A DNA stretch of 64,000 bases. Origin: Squalus acanthias. Taxonomy: Eukaryota. Both the position numbers and the translations under genes were made by a program. Below the pieces are notes generated by a model. That model was not told where the DNA came from. It did not search any database and was given only the letters and a program-made list of their open reading frames with translations. Below, one piece after another: positions 32,293-44,200 of the stretch. The stretch covers positions 310,001-374,000 of the forward strand of contig JASTWF010000035.1 of the NCBI GenBank assembly GCA_030390025.1, read 5' to 3'. Position 1 is the stretch's first letter; each line of letters begins with the position of its first letter.

Positions 32293-35200
32293 AGTGTTGT
32301 AGAGGATGGAGTTGTAGAGGAGGGAGTGTTGTAGAGGAGGGAGCTGTAAAGGAGGGAGTGTTGTAGAGGAGGGAGTGTTGTAGAGGAGGGAGTGTTGTAG
32401 AGGAGGGAGGTGTAGAGGAGGGAGGTGTTGTAGCGGAGGGAGTGTTGTAGAGGAGGGAGTGTTGTAGAGGAGGGAGTGTTGTAGAGGAGGGAGTGTTGTA
32501 TAGGAGGGAGTGTTGTAGCGGAGGGAGTGTTGTAGAAGAGGGAGTGTTGTAGAGGAGGGAGGTGTAGAGGAGGGAGTGTTGTAGAGGAGGGAGTGTTGTA
32601 GAGGAGGGAGTGTTGTAGAGGAGGGAGTGTTGTAGAGGAGGGAGTGTTGTAGAGGAGGGAGTGTTGTAGCGGAGGGAGGTGTAGCGGAGGGAGTGTTGTA
32701 GAGGAGGGAGTGGTAGAGGAGGGAGTGTTGTAGAGGAGGGAGTGTTGTAGAGGAGGGAGTGTTGTAGAGGAGGGAGTGTTGTAGAGGAGGGAGGTGTTGA
32801 AGAGGATGGAGGTGTAGAGGAGCGAGTGTTGTAGAGGAGGGAGGTGTAGAGGAGGGAGTGTTGTAAAGGAGGGAGTGTTGTAGAGGAGGGAGTATTGTAG
32901 AGGAGGGAGTGTTGTAGAGGAGGGTGGTGTTGTAGAGTAGGGGAGTGTTGTAGCGGAGGGAGGTGTTGTAGCGGAGGGAGGTGTTGTAGAGGAGGGAGGT
33001 GTTGTAGAGGAGGGAGTGTTGTAGCGGAGGGAGTGTTGTAGAGGAGGGAGTGTTGTAGAGGAGGGAGTGTTGTAGAGGAGGGAGGTGTAGAGGAGGGAGT
33101 GTTGTAAAGGAGGGAGTGTTGTAGAGGAGGGAGGGGTTGTAGCGGAGGGAGTGTTGTAGAGCAGTGGAGTGTTGTAGAGGAGTGGAGTGTTGTAGAGGAG
33201 GGAGGTGTTGTCGCGTAGGGAGTGTTCCAGATGAGGGAGGTGTAGAGGAGGGAGGTGTAGAGGAGGGAGGTGTAGAGGAGGGAGGTTTAGAGGAGGGAGG
33301 TGTTGAGGAGGGAGGTGTTGTAGAGGAGGGAGTGTTGTAGCGGTGGGAGTGTTGCAGAGGAGGGAGTGTTGTAGAGGAGGGAGTGCTGTAGAGGAGGGAG
33401 TGTTGTAGCGGAAGGAAGTGTTGTAGAGGAGGGAGTGTTGTAGCGGAAGGAGGTGTAGAGGAGGGAGTGTTGTAGAGGAGGGAGTGTTGTAGAGGAGGGA
33501 GGTGTTGTAGAGGAGGGAGGTGTAGAGGAGGGAGGTGTAGAGGAGGGAGTGTTGTAGAGGAGTGAGTGTTGTCGAGGAGGGAGTGTTGTAGAGGAGGGAG
33601 TGCTGTAGAGGAGGGAGTGTTGTAGAGGAGGGAGGTGTAGAGGAGGGAGTGTTGTAGAGGAGGGAGGTGTAGAGGAGGGAGTGTTGTAGAGGAGGGAGTG
33701 TTGTAGAGGAGGGAGGTGTTGTAGAGGAGGGAGGTGTAGAGGAGGGAGGTGTAGAGGAGGGAGTGTTGTAGAGGAGTGAGTGTTGTCGAGGAGGGAGTGT
33801 TGTAGAGGAGGGAGTGTTGTAGAGGAGGGAGTGTTGTAGAGGAGGGAGTGTTGCAGAGGAGGGAGTGTTGCAGAGGAGGGAGTGTTGTAGAGGAGGGAGT
33901 GTTGTAGAGGAGGGAGTGTTGTCGAGGAGGGAGTGTTGTAGCGGAGGGAGTGTTGTAGAGGAGGGAGTGTTGTAGAGGAGGGAGTGTTGTAGAGGAGGGA
34001 GGTGTAGAGGAGGGAGGTGTTGTAGAGGAGGGAGCTGTTGGAGCGGAGGGAGTGTTGTAGAGGAGGAAGTGTTGTAGAGGAGGGAGTGTTGTAGCGGAGG
34101 GAGTGTTGTAGAGGAGGGAGTGTTGTAGAGGAGGGAGGTGTAGAGGAGGGAGTGTTGTAGAGGAAGGAGTGTTGTAGAGGAGGGAGTGTTGTAGAGGAGG
34201 GAGTGTTGTAATGGATGGAGGTGTAGAGGAGGGAGTGTTGTAGAGGAGGAAGGTGTAGAGGAGGGAGTGTTGTAGAGGAGTGAGGTGTAGAGGAGGGAGT
34301 GTTGTAGAGGAGGGAGTGTTGTAGAGGAGGGAGTGTTGTAGAGGAGGGAGGTGTTGTAGAGGAGGGGAGTGTTGTAGCGGATGGAGGTGTTGTAGAGGAG
34401 GGAGGTGTTGTAGCGGAGTGAGGTGTTGTAGAGGAGGGAGTGTTGTAGAGGAGGGAGTGTTGTAGAGGAGGGAGTGTTCTAGAGGAGGGAGGTGTTGTAG
34501 AGGAGGGGAGTGTTGTAGCAGAGGGAGGTGTTGTAGAGGAGGGAGGTGTTGTAGCGGAGGGAGGTGTTGTAGCGGAGGGAGGTGTTGTAGAGGAGGGAGG
34601 TGTTGTAGCGGAGGGATGTGTTGTAGAGGAGGGAGTGTTGTAGAGGAGGGAGTGTTGTCGAGGAGGGAGTGTTGTAGAGGAGGGAGTGTTGTAGAGGAGG
34701 GAGTGTTGTAGAGGAGGGAGTGTTGTAGCGGAAGGAGGTGTAGTGGAGGGAGTGTTGTAGAGGAGGGAGTGGTAGAGGAGGTAGTATTGTAGAGGAGGGA
34801 GGTGTAGAGGAGGATGTGTTGTAGAGGAGGGAGTGTTGCAGAGGAGGGAGGTGTAGAGGAGGGAGTGTTGTAGAGGAGGGAGTGTTGTGGAGGAGGGAGT
34901 GTTGCGGAGGAGGGAGTGTTGTGGAGGAGGGAGTGTTGTGGAGGAGGGAGTGTTGTGGAGGAGGGAGTGTTGTAGAGGTGGGAGTGTTGTAGAGGAGGGA
35001 GTGTTGTAGAGGAGGAAGTGTTGTAGAGGAGGGAGTGTTGTAGAGGAGGGAGTGTTGTAGAGGAGGGAGGTGTTGTAGAGGAGGGAGGTGTAGAGGAGGG
35101 AGTGTTGTAGAGGAGGGAGTGTTGTAGCGGAGGGAGGTGTGGTAGCGGAGGGAGTGTTGTAGAGCAGTGGAGTGTTGTAGAGGAGTGGAGTGTTGTAGAG

Positions 35201-38200
35201 GAGGGAGGTGTTGTCGCGGAGGGAGTGTTGTAGAGGAGGGAGGTGTTGTAGAGGAGGGAGGTGTTGTAGAGGAGGGAAGTGTTGTAGAGGTGGGAAGTGT
35301 TCCAGAGGAGGGAGGTGCAGAGGAGGGAGGTGTAGAGGAGGGAGGTGTAGAGGAGGGAGGTGTAGAGGAGGGAGGTGTAGAGGAGGGAGTGTTGTAGAGG
35401 AGGGAGTGTTGTAGAGGAGGGAGTGCTGTAGCGGAGGGAGTGTTGTAGCGGAAGGAAGTGTTGTAGAGGAGGGAGTGTTGTAGAGGAGGGAGTGTTGTAG
35501 CGGAAGGAGGTGTAGTGGAGGGAGTGTTGTAGAGGAGGGAGTGGTAGAGGAGGGAGTGTTGTAGAGGAGGGAGTGTTGTAGAGGAGGGAGGTGTAGAGGA
35601 GGAAGTGTTGTAGAGGAGGCAGTGTTGCAGAGGAGGGAGGTGTAGAGGAGGGAGTGTTGTAGAGGAGGGAGTGTTGTAGAGGAGGGAGTGTTGTGGAGGA
35701 GGGAGTGTTGTGGAGGAGGGAGTGTTGTGGAGGAGGGAGTGTTGTGGAGGAGGTAGTGTTGTGGAGGAGGGAGTGTTGTAGAGGAGGGATTGTTGTAGAG
35801 GAGGGAGGTGTTGTAGATGAGTGGAGTGTTGTAGAGGAGGGAGGTGTTGTAGAGGAGGGAGTGTTGCAGCGGAGGGAGGTGTTGTAGAGGACGGAGGTGT
35901 TGTAGAGGAGGGAGTGTTGTGGAGGAGGGAGTGTTGTAGAGGAGGGAGGTGTTGTAGAGGAGGGAGTGTTGTAGAGGAGGGAGTGTTGTAGAGGAGGGAG
36001 TGTTGTAGAGGAGGGAGTGTTGTAGAGGAGGGAGTGTTGTAGAGGAGGGAGTGTTGTAGAGGAGGGAGTGTTGTCGAGGAGTGAGTGTTGTCGAGGAGGG
36101 AGTGTTGTAGAGGAGGGAGTGTTGTAGAGGAGGGAGTGTTGTAGAGGAGGGAGGTGTTGCAGAGGAGGGAGGTGTTGCAGAGGAGGGAGGTGTTGCAGAG
36201 GAGGGAGTGTTGCAGCGGAGGGAGGTGTTGCAGAGGAAGGAGTGCTGTAGCGGAGGGAGGTGTTGTAGAGGAGGGAGGTGTTGTAGAGGATTGGAGTGGA
36301 GTGTTGCAGCGGAGGGAGTGTTGCAGCGGAGGGAGTGTTGTAGAGGAGGGAGTGTTGTAGAGGAGGGAATGTTGTAGAGGAGGGAGTGTTGTATAGGAGG
36401 GAGTGTTGTAGCGGAGGGAGGTGTAGCGGAGGGAGTTTTGTAGAGGAGGGAGTGGTGGAGGAGGGAGTGTTGTAGAGGAGGGATTGTTGTAGAAGAGGGA
36501 GTGTTGTAGAGGAGGGAGTGTTGTAGAGGAGGGAGTGTTGTAGAGGATGGAGGTGTAGAGGAGGGAGTGTTGTAGAGGAGGGAGGTGTAGAGGAGGGAGT
36601 GTTGTAGAGGAGGGAGGTGTAAAGGAGGGAGTGTTGTAGAGGAGGGAGTGTTGTAGAGGAGGGAGGGTTGTAGAGGAGGGTGGTGTTGTAGAGTAGGGGA
36701 GTGTTGTAGCGGAGGGAGGTGTTGTAGAGGATGGAGGTGTTGTAGCGGAGGGAGGTGTTGTAGAGGAGGGAGGTGTTGTAGAGGAGGGAGTGTTGTAGCG
36801 GAGGGAGTGTTGTAGAGGAGGGAGTGTTGTAGAGGAGGGTGTGTTGTAGCAGAGGGAGGTGTAGCGGAGGGAGTGTTGTAGAGGAGGGAGTGGTAGTGGA
36901 GGGAGTGTTGTAGAGGAGGGAGTGTTGTAGAGGAGGGAGTGTTGTAGAGGAGGGAGTGTTGTAGAGGAGGGAGTGTTGTAGAGGAGGGAGTGTTGTAGAG
37001 GAGGGAGTGTTGTAGAGGAGGGAGTGTTGTAGAGGAGGGAGTGTTGTAGAGGAGGGAGTGTTGTCGAGGAGGGAGTGTTGTCGAGGAGTGAGTGTTGTCG
37101 AGGAGGGAGTGTTGTAGAGGAGGGAGTGTTGTAGAGGAGGGAGTGTTGTAGAGGAGGGAGGTGTTGCAGAGGAGGGAGGTGTTGTAGAGGAGGGAGGTGT
37201 TGCAGAGGAGGGAGTGTTGCAGCGGAGGGAGGTGTTGCAGAGGAAGGAGTGTTGTAGCGGAGGGAGGTGTTGTAGAGGAGGGAGGTGTTATAGAGGAGTG
37301 GAGTGTTGCAGCGGAGGGAGTGTTGCAGCGGAGGGAGTGTTGTAGAGGAGGGAGTGTTGTAGAGGAGGGAGTGTTGTAGAGGAGGGAGGTGTAGAGGAGG
37401 GAGTGTTGTAGAGGAGGGAGTGTTGTAGAGGAGGGAGTGTTGTAGAGGAGGGAGTGTTGTAGAGGAGGGAGGTGTAGAGGAGGGAGTGTTGTAGAGGAGG
37501 GAGTGTTGTAGAGGAGGGAGTGTTCTAGCGGAGGGAGGTGTAGCGGAGGGAGTTTTGTAGAGGAGGGAGTGTTAGAGGAGGGAGTGTTGTAGAGGAGGGA
37601 GTGTTGTCGAGGAGGGAGTGTTGTAGAGGAGGGAGTGTTGTAGAGGAGGGAGTGTTGTAGAGGATGGAGGTGTAGAGGAGGGAGTGTTGTAGAGGAGGGA
37701 GGTGTAGAGGAGGGAGTGTTGTAGAGGAGGGAGGTGTAAAGGAGGGAGTGTTGTAGAGGAGGGAGTGTTGTAGAGGAGGGAGTGTTGTAGAGGAGGGAGG
37801 GGTTGTAGCGGAGGGAGTGTTGTAGAGGAGGGAGTGGTAGAGGAGGGAGTGTTGTAGAGGAGGGAGTGTTGCAGCGGAGGGAGGTGTTGTAGAGGACGGA
37901 GGTGTTGTAGAGGAGGGAGTGTTGTGGAGGAGGGAGTGTTGTAGAGGAGGGAGTGTTGTAGAGGAGGGAGTGTTGTAGAGGAGGGAGTGTTGTAGAGGAG
38001 GGAGTGTTGTAGAGGAGGGAGTGTTGTAGAGGAGGGAGTGTTGTCGAGGAGGGAGTGTTGTCGAGGAGTGAGTGTTGTCGAGGAGGGAGTGTTGTCGAGG
38101 AGGGAGTGTTGTAGAGGAGGGAGTGTTGTAGAGAAGGGAGGTGTTGCAGAGGAGGGAGGTGTTGTAGAGGAGGGAGGTGTTGCAGAGGAGGGAGTGTTGC

Positions 38201-41200
38201 AGCGGAGGGAGGTGTTGCAGAGGAAGGAGTGTTGTAGAGGAGGGAGGTGTTGTAGAGGAGGGAGTGTTGTAGAGGAGTGGAGTGTTGCAGCGGAGGGAGT
38301 GTTGCAGCGGAGGGAGTGTTGTAGAGGAGGGAGTGTTGTAGAGGAGGGAATGTTGTAGAGGAGGGAGTGTTGTATAGGAGGGAGTGTTGTAGCGGAGGGA
38401 GTGTTGTAGAGGACGGAGTGTTGTAGAGGAGGGAGGTGTAGAGGAGGGAGTGTTGTAGAAGAGGGAGTGTTGTAGAGGAGGGAGTGTTGTAGAGGAGGGA
38501 GTGGTAAAGGAGGGAGTGTTGTAGAGGAGGGAGAGTTGTAGAGGAGGGAGTGTTCTAGCGGAGGGAGGTGTAGCAGAGGGAGTTTTGTAGAGGAGGGAGT
38601 GGTAAAGGAGGGAGTGTTGTAGAGGAGGGAGTGTTGTAGAGGAGGGAGTGTTGTAGAGGAGGGAGTGTTGTCGAGGAGGGAGTGTTGTAGAGGAGGGAGG
38701 TGTTGTAGCGGAGGCAGGTGTTGTAGAGGAGGGAGTGTTGTAGAGGAGGGAGTGTTGTCGAGGAGGGAGTGTTGTAGAGGAGGGAGTGTTGTAGAGGAGG
38801 GAGTGTTGTAGAGGAGGGAGTGTTGTCGAGGAGGGAGTGTTGTAGAGGAGGGAGGTGTTGTAGCGGAGGCAGGTGTTGTAGAGGAGGGAGTGTTGTAGAG
38901 GAGGGAGTGTTGTCGAGGAGGGAGTGTTGTAGAGGAGGGAGTGTTGTAGAGGAGGGAGTGTTGTAGAGGATGGAGGTGTAGAGGAGGGAGTGTTGTAGAG
39001 GAGGGAGGTGTAGAGGAGGGAGTGTTGTAGAGGAGGGAGGTGTAAAGGAGGGAGTGTTGTAGAGGAGGGAGTGTTGTAGAGGAGGGAGTGTTGTAGAGGA
39101 GGGTGGTGTTGTAGAGTAGGGGAGTGTTGTAGCGGAGGGAGGTGTTGTATCGGATGGAGGTGTTGTAGCGGAGGGAGGTGTTGTAGAGGAGGGAGGTGTT
39201 GTAGAGGAGGGAGTGTTGTAGCGGAGGGAGTGTTGTAGAGGAGGGAGTGTTGTAGAGGAGGGAGTGTTGTAGAGGAGGGAGGTGTAGAGGAGGGAGTGTT
39301 GTAAAGGAGGGAGTGTTGTAGAGGAGGGAGGTGTAGAGGAGGGAGGTGTTGTAGAGGAGGGAGTGTTGTAGAGGAGGGAGTGTTGTAGAGGAGGGAGTGT
39401 TGTAGAGGAGGGAGTGTTGTAGAGGAGGGAGTGTTGTCGAGGAGGGAGTGTTGTCGAGGAGTGAGTGTTGTCGAGGAGGGAGTGTTGTAGAGGAGGGAGT
39501 GTTGTAGAGGAGGGAGTGTTGTAGAGGAGGGAGGTGTTGCAGAGGAGGGAGGTGTTGTAGAGGAGGGAGGTGTTGCAGAGGAGGGAGTGTTGCAGCGGAG
39601 GGAGGTGTTGCAGAGGAAGGAGTGTTGTAGCGGAGGGAGGTGTTGTAGAGGAGGGAGTGTTGTAGAGGAGGGAGTGTTGTAGAGGAGTGGAGTGTTGCAG
39701 CGGAGGGAGTGTTGCAGCGGAGGGAGTGTTGTAGAGGAGGGAGTGTTGTAGAGGAGGGAATGTTGTAGAGGAGGGAGTGTTGTAGAGGAGGGAGTTTTGT
39801 AGAGGAGGGAGTGTTAGAGGAGGGAGTGTTGTAGAGGAGGGAGTGTTGTCGAGGAGGGAGTGTTGTAGAGGAGGGAGTGTTGTAGAGGAGGGAGTGTTGT
39901 AGAGGATGGAGGTGTAGAGGAGGGAGTGTTGTAGAGGAGGGAGGTGTAGAGGAGGGAGTGTTGTAGAGGAGGGGAGTGTTGTAGCCGAGGGAGGTGTTGT
40001 ATAGGATGGAGGTGTTGTAGCGGAGGGAGGTGTTGTAGAGGAGGGAGTGTTGTAAAGGAGGGAGTGTTGTAGAGGAGGGAGGGGTTGTAGCGGAGGGAGT
40101 GTTGTAGAGGAGGGAGTGGTAGAGGAGGGAGTGTTGTAGAGGAGGGAGTGTTGCAGCGGAGGGAGGTGTTGTAGAGGACGGAGGTGTTGTAGAGGAGGGA
40201 GTGTTGTGGAGGAGGGAGTGTTGTAGAGGAGGGAGTGTTGTAGAGGAGGGAGTGTTGTAGAGGAGGGAGTGTTGTAGAGGAGGGAGTGTTGTAGAGGAGG
40301 GAGTGTTGTAGAGGAGGGAGTGTTGTCGAGGAGGGAGTGTTGTCGAGGAGTGAGTGTTGTCGAGGAGGGAGTGTTGTCGAGGAGGGAGTGTTGTAGAGGA
40401 GGGAGTGTTGTAGAGAAGGGAGGTGTTGCAGAGGAGGGAGGTGTTGTAGAGGAGGGAGGTGTTGCAGAGGAGGGAGTGTTGCAGCGGAGGGAGGTGTTGC
40501 AGAGGAGGGAGTGTTGTAGAGGAGGGAGTGTTGTAGAGGAGGGAATGTTGTAGAGGAGGGAGTGTTGTATAGGAGGGAGTGTTGTAGCGGAGGGAGTGTT
40601 GTAGAGGACGGAGTGTTGTAGAGGAGGGAGGTGTAGAGGAGGGAGTGTTGTAGAAGAGGGAGTGTTGTAGAGGAGGGAGAGTTGTAGAGGAGGGAGTGTT
40701 CTAGCGGAGGGAGGTGTAGCAGAGGGAGTTTTGTAGAGGAGGGAGTGGTAAAGGAGGGAGTGTTGTGGAGGAGGGAGTGTTGTAGAGGAGGGAGTGTTGT
40801 AGAGGAGGGAGTGTTGTAGAGGAGGGAGTGTTGTAGAGGATGGAGGTGTAGAGGAGGGAGTGTTGTAGAGGAGGGAGGTGTAGAGGAGGGAGTGTTGTAG
40901 AGGAGGGAGGTGTAAAGGAGGGAGTGTTGTAGAGGAGGGAGTGTTGTAGAGGAGGGAGTGTTGTAGAGGAGGGTGGTGTTGTAGAGTAGGGGAGTGTTGT
41001 AGCGGAGGGAGGTGTTGTATCGGATGGAGGTGTTGTAGCGGAGGGAGGTGTTGTAGAGGAGGGAGGTGTTGTAGAGGAGGGAGTGTTGTAGCGGAGGGAG
41101 TGTTGTAGAGGAGGGAGTGTTGTAGAGGAGGGAGTGTTGTAGAGGAGGGAGGTGTAGAGGAGGGAGTGTTGTAAAGGAGGGAGTGTTGTAGAGGAGGGAG

Positions 41201-44200
41201 GGGTTGTAGCGGAGGGAGTGTTGTAGAGGAGGGTGTGTTGTAGAGGAGGGAGTGTTGTAGCGGAGGGAGTGTTGTAGAGGAGGGAGTGTTGTAGAGGAGG
41301 GAGGTGTAGAGGAGGGAGTGTTGTAGAGGAGGGAGTGTTGTAGAGGAGGGAGTGTTGTAGAGGAGGGAGTGTTGTAGAGGAGGGAGTGTTGTAGAGGAGG
41401 GAGTGTTGCAGAGGAGGGAGGTGTTGTAGAGGATGGAGGTGTAGAGGAGCGAGTGTTGTAGAGGAGGGAGGTGTAGAGGAGGGAGTGTTGTAAAGGAGGG
41501 AGTGTTGTAGAGGAGGGAGTGTTGTAGAGGAGGGAGTGTTGTAGAGGAGGGTGGTGTTGTAGAGTAGGGGAGTGTTGTAGCGGAGGGAGGTGTTGTAGCG
41601 GAGGGAGGTGTTGAAGAGGAGGGAGGTGTTGTAGAGGAGGGAGTGTTGTAGCGGAGGGAGTGTTGTAGAGGAGGGAGTGTTGTAGAGGAGGGAGTGTTGT
41701 AGAGGAGGGAGGTGTAGAGGAGGGAGTGTTGTAAAGGAGGGAGTGTTGTAGAGGAGGGAGGGGTTGTAGCGGAGGGAGTGTTGTAGAGCAGTGGAGTGTT
41801 GTAGAGGAGTGGAGTGTTGTAGAGGAGGGAGGTGTTGTCGCGGAGGGAGTGTTCCAGATGAGGGAGGTGTAGAGGAGGGAGGTGTAGAGGAGGGAGGTGT
41901 AGAGGAGGGAGGTTTAGAGGAGGGAGGTGTTGAGGAGGGAGGTGTTGTAGAGGAGGGAGTGTTGTAGCGGTGGGAGTGTTGTAGAGGAGGGAGTATTGTA
42001 GAGGAGGGAGTGCTGTAGCGGAGGGAGTGTTGTAGCGGAAGGAAGTGTTGTAGAGGAGGGAGTGTTGTAGCGGAAGGAGGTTTAGCGGAGGGAGTGTTGT
42101 AGAGGAGGGAGTATTAGAGGAGGGAGTGTTGTAGAGGAGGGAGTGTTGCAGCGGAGGGAGTGTTGTAGAGGAGGGAGTGTTGTAGAGGAGGGAGTGTTGT
42201 AGAGGAGTGAGTGTTGTAGAGGAGGGAGGTGTTGTAGCGGAGGGAGTGTTGCAGCGGAGGGAGTGTTGCAGAGGAGGGAGTGTTGTAGAGGAGGGAGTGT
42301 TGTAGAGGAGGGAGTGTTGTAGAGGAGGGAGGTGTAGAGGAGGGAGTGTTGTAGAGGAGGGAGTGTTGTAGAGGAGGGAGGTGTTGTAGAGGAGGGAGGT
42401 GTAGAGGAGGGAGGTGTTGTAGAGGAGGGAGGTGTTGTAGAGGAGGGAGTGTTGTAGAGGAGGGAGGTGTTGTAGAGGAGGGAGTGTTGTAGCGGAGGGA
42501 GTGTTGTAGAGGAGGGAGTGTTGTAGAGGAGGGAGTGTTGTAGAGGAGGGAGTGTTGTAGAGGAGGGAGTGTTGTAGAGGAGGGAGGTGTAGAGGAGGGA
42601 GTGTTGTAGAGGAGGGAGTGTTGTAGAGGAGGGAGTGTTGTAGCGGAGGGAGGTGTAGCGGAGGGAGTGTTGTAGAGGAGGGAGTGTTGTAGAGGAGGGA
42701 GTGTTGTAGAGGAGGGAGTGTTGTAGAGGAGGGAGTGTTGCAGAGGAGGGAGGTGTTGTAGAGGATGGAGGTGTAGAGGAGCGAGTGTTGTAGAGGAGGG
42801 AGGTGTAGAGGAGGGAGTGTTGTAAAGGAGGGAGTGTTGTAGAGGAGGGAGTGTTGTAGAGGAGGGAGTGTTGTAGAGGAGGGTGGTGTTGTAGAGTAGG
42901 GGAGTGTTGTAGCGGAGGGAGGTGTTGTAGCGGAGGGAGGTGTTGAAGAGGAGGGAGGTGTTGTAGAGGAGGGAGTGTTGTAGCGGAGGGAGTGTTGTAG
43001 AGGAGGGAGTGTTGTAGAGGAGGGAGTGTTGTAGAGGAGGGAGGTGTAGAGGAGGGAGTGTTGTAAAGGAGGGAGTGTTGTAGAGGAGGGAGGGGTTGTA
43101 GCGGAGGGAGTGTTGTAGAGCAGTGGAGTGTTGTAGAGGAGTGGAGTGTTGTAGAGGAGGGAGGTGTTGTCGCGTAGGGAGTGTTCCAGATGAGGGAGGT
43201 GTAGAGGAGGGAGGTGTAGAGGAGGGAGGTGTAGAGGAGGGAGGTTTAGAGGAGGGAGGTGTTGAGGAGGGAGGTGTTGTAGAGGAGGGAGTGTTGTAGC
43301 GGTGGGAGTGTTGCAGAGGAGGGAGTGTTGTAGAGGAGGGAGTGCTGTAGCGGAGGGAGTGTTGTAGCGGAAGGAAGTGTTGTAGAGGAGGGAGTGTTGT
43401 AGCGGAAGGAGGTGTAGCGGAGGGAGTGTTGTAGAGGAGGGAGTATTAGAGGAGGGAGTGTTGTAGAGGAGGGAGTGTTGCAGCGGAGGGAGTGTTGTAG
43501 AGGAGGGAGTGTTGTAGAGGAGGGAGTGTTGTAGAGGAGGGAGTGTTGCAGCGGAGGGAGTGTTGCAGAGGAGGGAGGTGTTGTAGAAGAGGGAGTGATG
43601 TAGAGGAGGGAGTGTTGTAGAGGAGTGAGTGTTGTAGAGGAGGGAGGTGTTGTAGCGGAGGGAGTGTTGCAGCGGAGGGAGTGTTGCAGAGGAGGGAGTG
43701 TTGTAGAGGAGGGAGTGTTGTAGAGGAGGGAGTGTTGTAGAGGAGGGAGGTGTAGAGGAGGGAGTGTTGTAGAGGAGGGAGTGTTGTAGAGGAGGGAGGT
43801 GTTGTAGAGGAGGGAGGTGTAGAGGAGGGAGGTGTTGTAGAGGAGGGAGGTGTTGTAGAGGAGGGAGTGTTGTAGAGGAGGGAGGTGTAGAGGAGGGAGT
43901 GTTGTAGAGGAGGGAGTGTTGTAGAGGAGGGAGGTGTTGTAGAGGAGGGAGTGTTGTAGAGGAGGGAGTGTTGTAGAGGAGGGAGGTGTAGAGGAGGGAG
44001 TGTTGTAGAGGAGGGAGTGTTGTAGAGGAGGGAGGTGTTGTAGAGGAGGCAGATGTAGAGGAGGGAGGTGTTGTGGAGGAGGGAGGTGTAGAGGAGGGAG
44101 GTGTTGTAGAGGAGGGAGTGTTGTAGCGGAGGGAGTGTTGTAGAGGAGGGAGTGTTGTAGAGGAGGGAGTGTTGTAGCGGAGGGAGTGTTGTAGAGGAGG

